DNA of 8,911 nt, from positions 1 to 8,911 of the forward strand of contig NW_021828242.1 in the NCBI RefSeq assembly GCF_006345805.1, read 5' to 3'. Positions 7,448-8,911 of the stretch are shown here, piece by piece; position 1 is the first letter of the stretch, and each line of letters starts with the position of its first letter. The notes beneath the pieces were generated by a model. It had not been told where the DNA came from, made no database searches, and saw only the letters and a program-made list of their open reading frames with translations. The DNA comes from Octopus sinensis. Taxonomy: Eukaryota. Both the position numbers and the translations under genes were made by a program.

Positions 7448-7675
7448 GGCGGCGAGGTGGCAGAATGGTTAGCGCGTTGGACAAAATGCTTGGTGGCAAT
7501 TTTTGTGGGTCTTTACATTCTGAGTTCAAATATTGCCAAGATCAACTTACCTTTCATTCTTTTAGTGTTCGATAAACTAAAGCGACCGTCAAGTACTGAG
7601 GCAGATGTAATCGTCTTCCCCTCCCACCCGGCTTCCTTTCAAGATTTCTGGCCTTATGGCCAAACCTTTGAAAGG
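7447..7675 (+). mobile_element. Family A tRNA-derived SINE, full length, no clear tail
   Basis: Starts exactly 400 bp after the 7047 copy with the same junction ttattaaggcggcgag. A-box-like TGGCAGAATGG at 7458-7468 and B-box-like GAGTTCAAAT at 7522-7531. The 3' end is gatttctggccttatggccaaacctttgaaa. Confidence 0.9.
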
Positions 7676-7817
7676 ACCATCAGAGTGCCAAACTAATGCT
7701 AGTTGAAACCGGTTATGGCCAGTTATTACCAGTTTAATGTTGTTTATTACGAATTTATAAATCGCGAACGAATTTTCAGCATGAGATTTAGATGACTCGT
7801 GATGACCGTAATGAAGA

Positions 7818-7946
7818 TGGTGGCGGTGGAGGCGGTAGAGGTTGTGGCGGTGGTGGTAGCGGCAGTGGCGGCGGTGGTGGTGGTGGTAGTAGTGGTGGCG
7901 GCAGCGGCGACGGCGGCCGTGGTGGTGGTGGTGGGGTGGTGGTGGT
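7818..7946. repeat. (GGT/GGC)n trinucleotide tract
   Basis: Read directly. It produces the poly-Gly and poly-Thr/Ala ORFs. Confidence 0.93.
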
Positions 7947-8044
7947 CAAACATGGTGGAGTTTTTTTTTTAAATGCTGGGAATTATATGTAATCTAACGT
8001 ATTTAGCACCTTTGATATGTCCTCATCGGGAAATTTGTGGCGGT

Positions 8045-8077
8045 GGGTGGGGTGAGGGGTTCTGGTGGGGTGGAGGG
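8045..8077 (+). other. Canonical G-quadruplex motif with five G-tracts
   Basis: GGG t GGGG tga GGGG ttctggt GGGG tgga GGG fits G3+N1-7 four times over. Folding is not demonstrated. Confidence 0.55.
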
Positions 8078-8242
8078 TTCTCATTGAGTAAAATATAAAA
8101 AAAAAATGAAAGAAAGAAAAAGAAGATTGCTAGCGGCAACGCTGTTAGTGAGATGTCATGTCTACTTGTGATTAGATTGATATCAATAGTTTGAAAAAGG
8201 GTGCCATGAAATTTCGTGTGGAGGGGTGGCGAAGATCTTGAA

Positions 8243-8283
<41 letters not shown>
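8243..8283. repeat. (GA)n microsatellite
   Basis: Read directly. Confidence 0.95.
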
Positions 8284-8285
<2 letters not shown>

Positions 8286-8425
8286 TGGTCAAGAGCCTAG
8301 CTAAAGGACTGCGTTTGGTGGGTCAAAGATCATACAGGAACAGCACAAAATTCAAAACGGATAACAGGGTATTTTTTCCCCATTTTCCCCGATACGTATT
8401 TTTTTGTTATCGCTTTTTGTTTCCT

Positions 8426-8457
8426 TATTTTATTTATTTATTTATCTTTATTTATAT

Positions 8458-8488
<31 letters not shown>
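8426..8488. repeat. (TATT)n microsatellite
   Basis: Read directly. Confidence 0.93.
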
Positions 8489-8532
8489 CATTATTTATAT
8501 AATGTTGACCAGCACAAGCAAGGATACAAAGA

Positions 8533-8645
8533 GGGAGTTGGGGGGAGTATGGGCGGGGCGGGGCGAAGAATGGGAGGGAAGGTTCAAAAAGGTCAAGTTA
8601 ATCCTTGAATGGATATAAGCCGGGGCCAACTTTGTTCGCCACGTG
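8533..8645 (+). promoter_or_regulatory. Promoter-like motif cluster: G4 motif, tandem GC boxes, DR3-type element, TATA-like motif, E-box
   Basis: GGGCGG at 8551-8556 and 8556-8561; G-tracts across 8533-8563; GGTTCAaaaAGGTCA at 8581-8595; TATAAG at 8614-8619; CACGTG at 8640-8645. These are motif matches only. Confidence 0.25.
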
Positions 8646-8724
8646 TGAGGTTGTCCTGGGTGGATGCGGAAAAAGTGGTCAATTCAATAAAGACCCCCCC
8701 GAGAACGCATGCGCGTGCATGCGT

Positions 8725-8729
8725 ATGTA

Positions 8730-8760
<31 letters not shown>

Positions 8761-8822
8761 CAGAGAGAGAGAGACAGAGACAGAGACAGACAGACAGTGA
8801 AAGAGACAGAGAGAAAGAGAGA
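8725..8822. repeat. Compound (TG)n/(GA)n/(GACA)n microsatellite
   Basis: Read directly. Confidence 0.93.
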
Positions 8823-8880
8823 TAGTAAGTAAGCCTAAACCGAAACTGTTGTCATCTGTGCCCACCTCCACCGGCGCCAC

Positions 8881-8907
8881 TCCTCCTCCTCCCCTCCTCC
8901 TCCTCCT
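8881..8907. repeat. (TCC)n tract
   Basis: Read directly. Confidence 0.85.
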
Positions 8908-8911
8908 ATTA

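Noticed and set aside
6504-7675. CRISPR-like or satellite array
   Set aside because: The units are 90-230 bp, highly diverged and separated by microsatellite tails rather than unique spacers. The context is eukaryotic and there are no cas genes.
7690-7735. Hammerhead-like ctaatgc...gaaaccgg, and also ctgataag (3738) with ctcgaaacgtc (3872)
   Set aside because: The core is not CUGANGA and stems I-III do not pair. The other arm reads ctcaaaaggtc at the 3872 position, so that GAAAC looks incidental.
7792-7992. Poly-glycine ORF as a glycine-rich protein
   Set aside because: It is only the GGN repeat with short flanks, and there is no splice or domain support.
3630-8187. Palindrome TTGATATCAA at 3630-3639 and ATTGATATCAAT at 8176-8187
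   Set aside because: These are short AT-rich palindromes, plausible by chance at this base composition, and they share no flanking sequence.
701-8880. The ORF track entries from 701 onward (poly-I, poly-N, poly-V/L, SLSL, ERER, MYVC, HTYI and others)
   Set aside because: Almost all are translations of microsatellites or repeat copies, which lack stops in some frames. The few others (for example 2753..2971) are short, and none has a recognisable domain.

Overview
This window is eukaryotic non-coding DNA, not a prokaryotic locus. About a quarter of it (hand tally) is microsatellite, and much of the rest is short interspersed repeats. The repeat types and microsatellite load look like an octopus (coleoid cephalopod) genome; that assignment is from recall, not a database search. 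I found no supportable protein-coding gene, true tRNA/rRNA gene or CRISPR array, and nearly all ORFs in the track are translated microsatellites. Supported structure: (1) six copies or fragments of one tRNA-derived SINE (family A), five of them stacked head-to-tail at 6504-7675 and joined through (ATT)n tails; (2) one CORE-like tRNA-derived SINE at 4737-5018; (3) three tandem, diverged copies of an unclassified ~230 bp repeat at 5019-5850, the third split by a microsatellite; (4) a ~1 kb fold-back made of two inverted copies of another repeat (3665-4062 and 4229-4647, about 80% identical by hand alignment). Weaker signals are a promoter-like cassette near 8533-8830 and a unique segment at 1-640. 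I do not see a convincing new biological system. The most interesting pattern is repeats lining up on each other's trinucleotide tails, plus the long fold-back.
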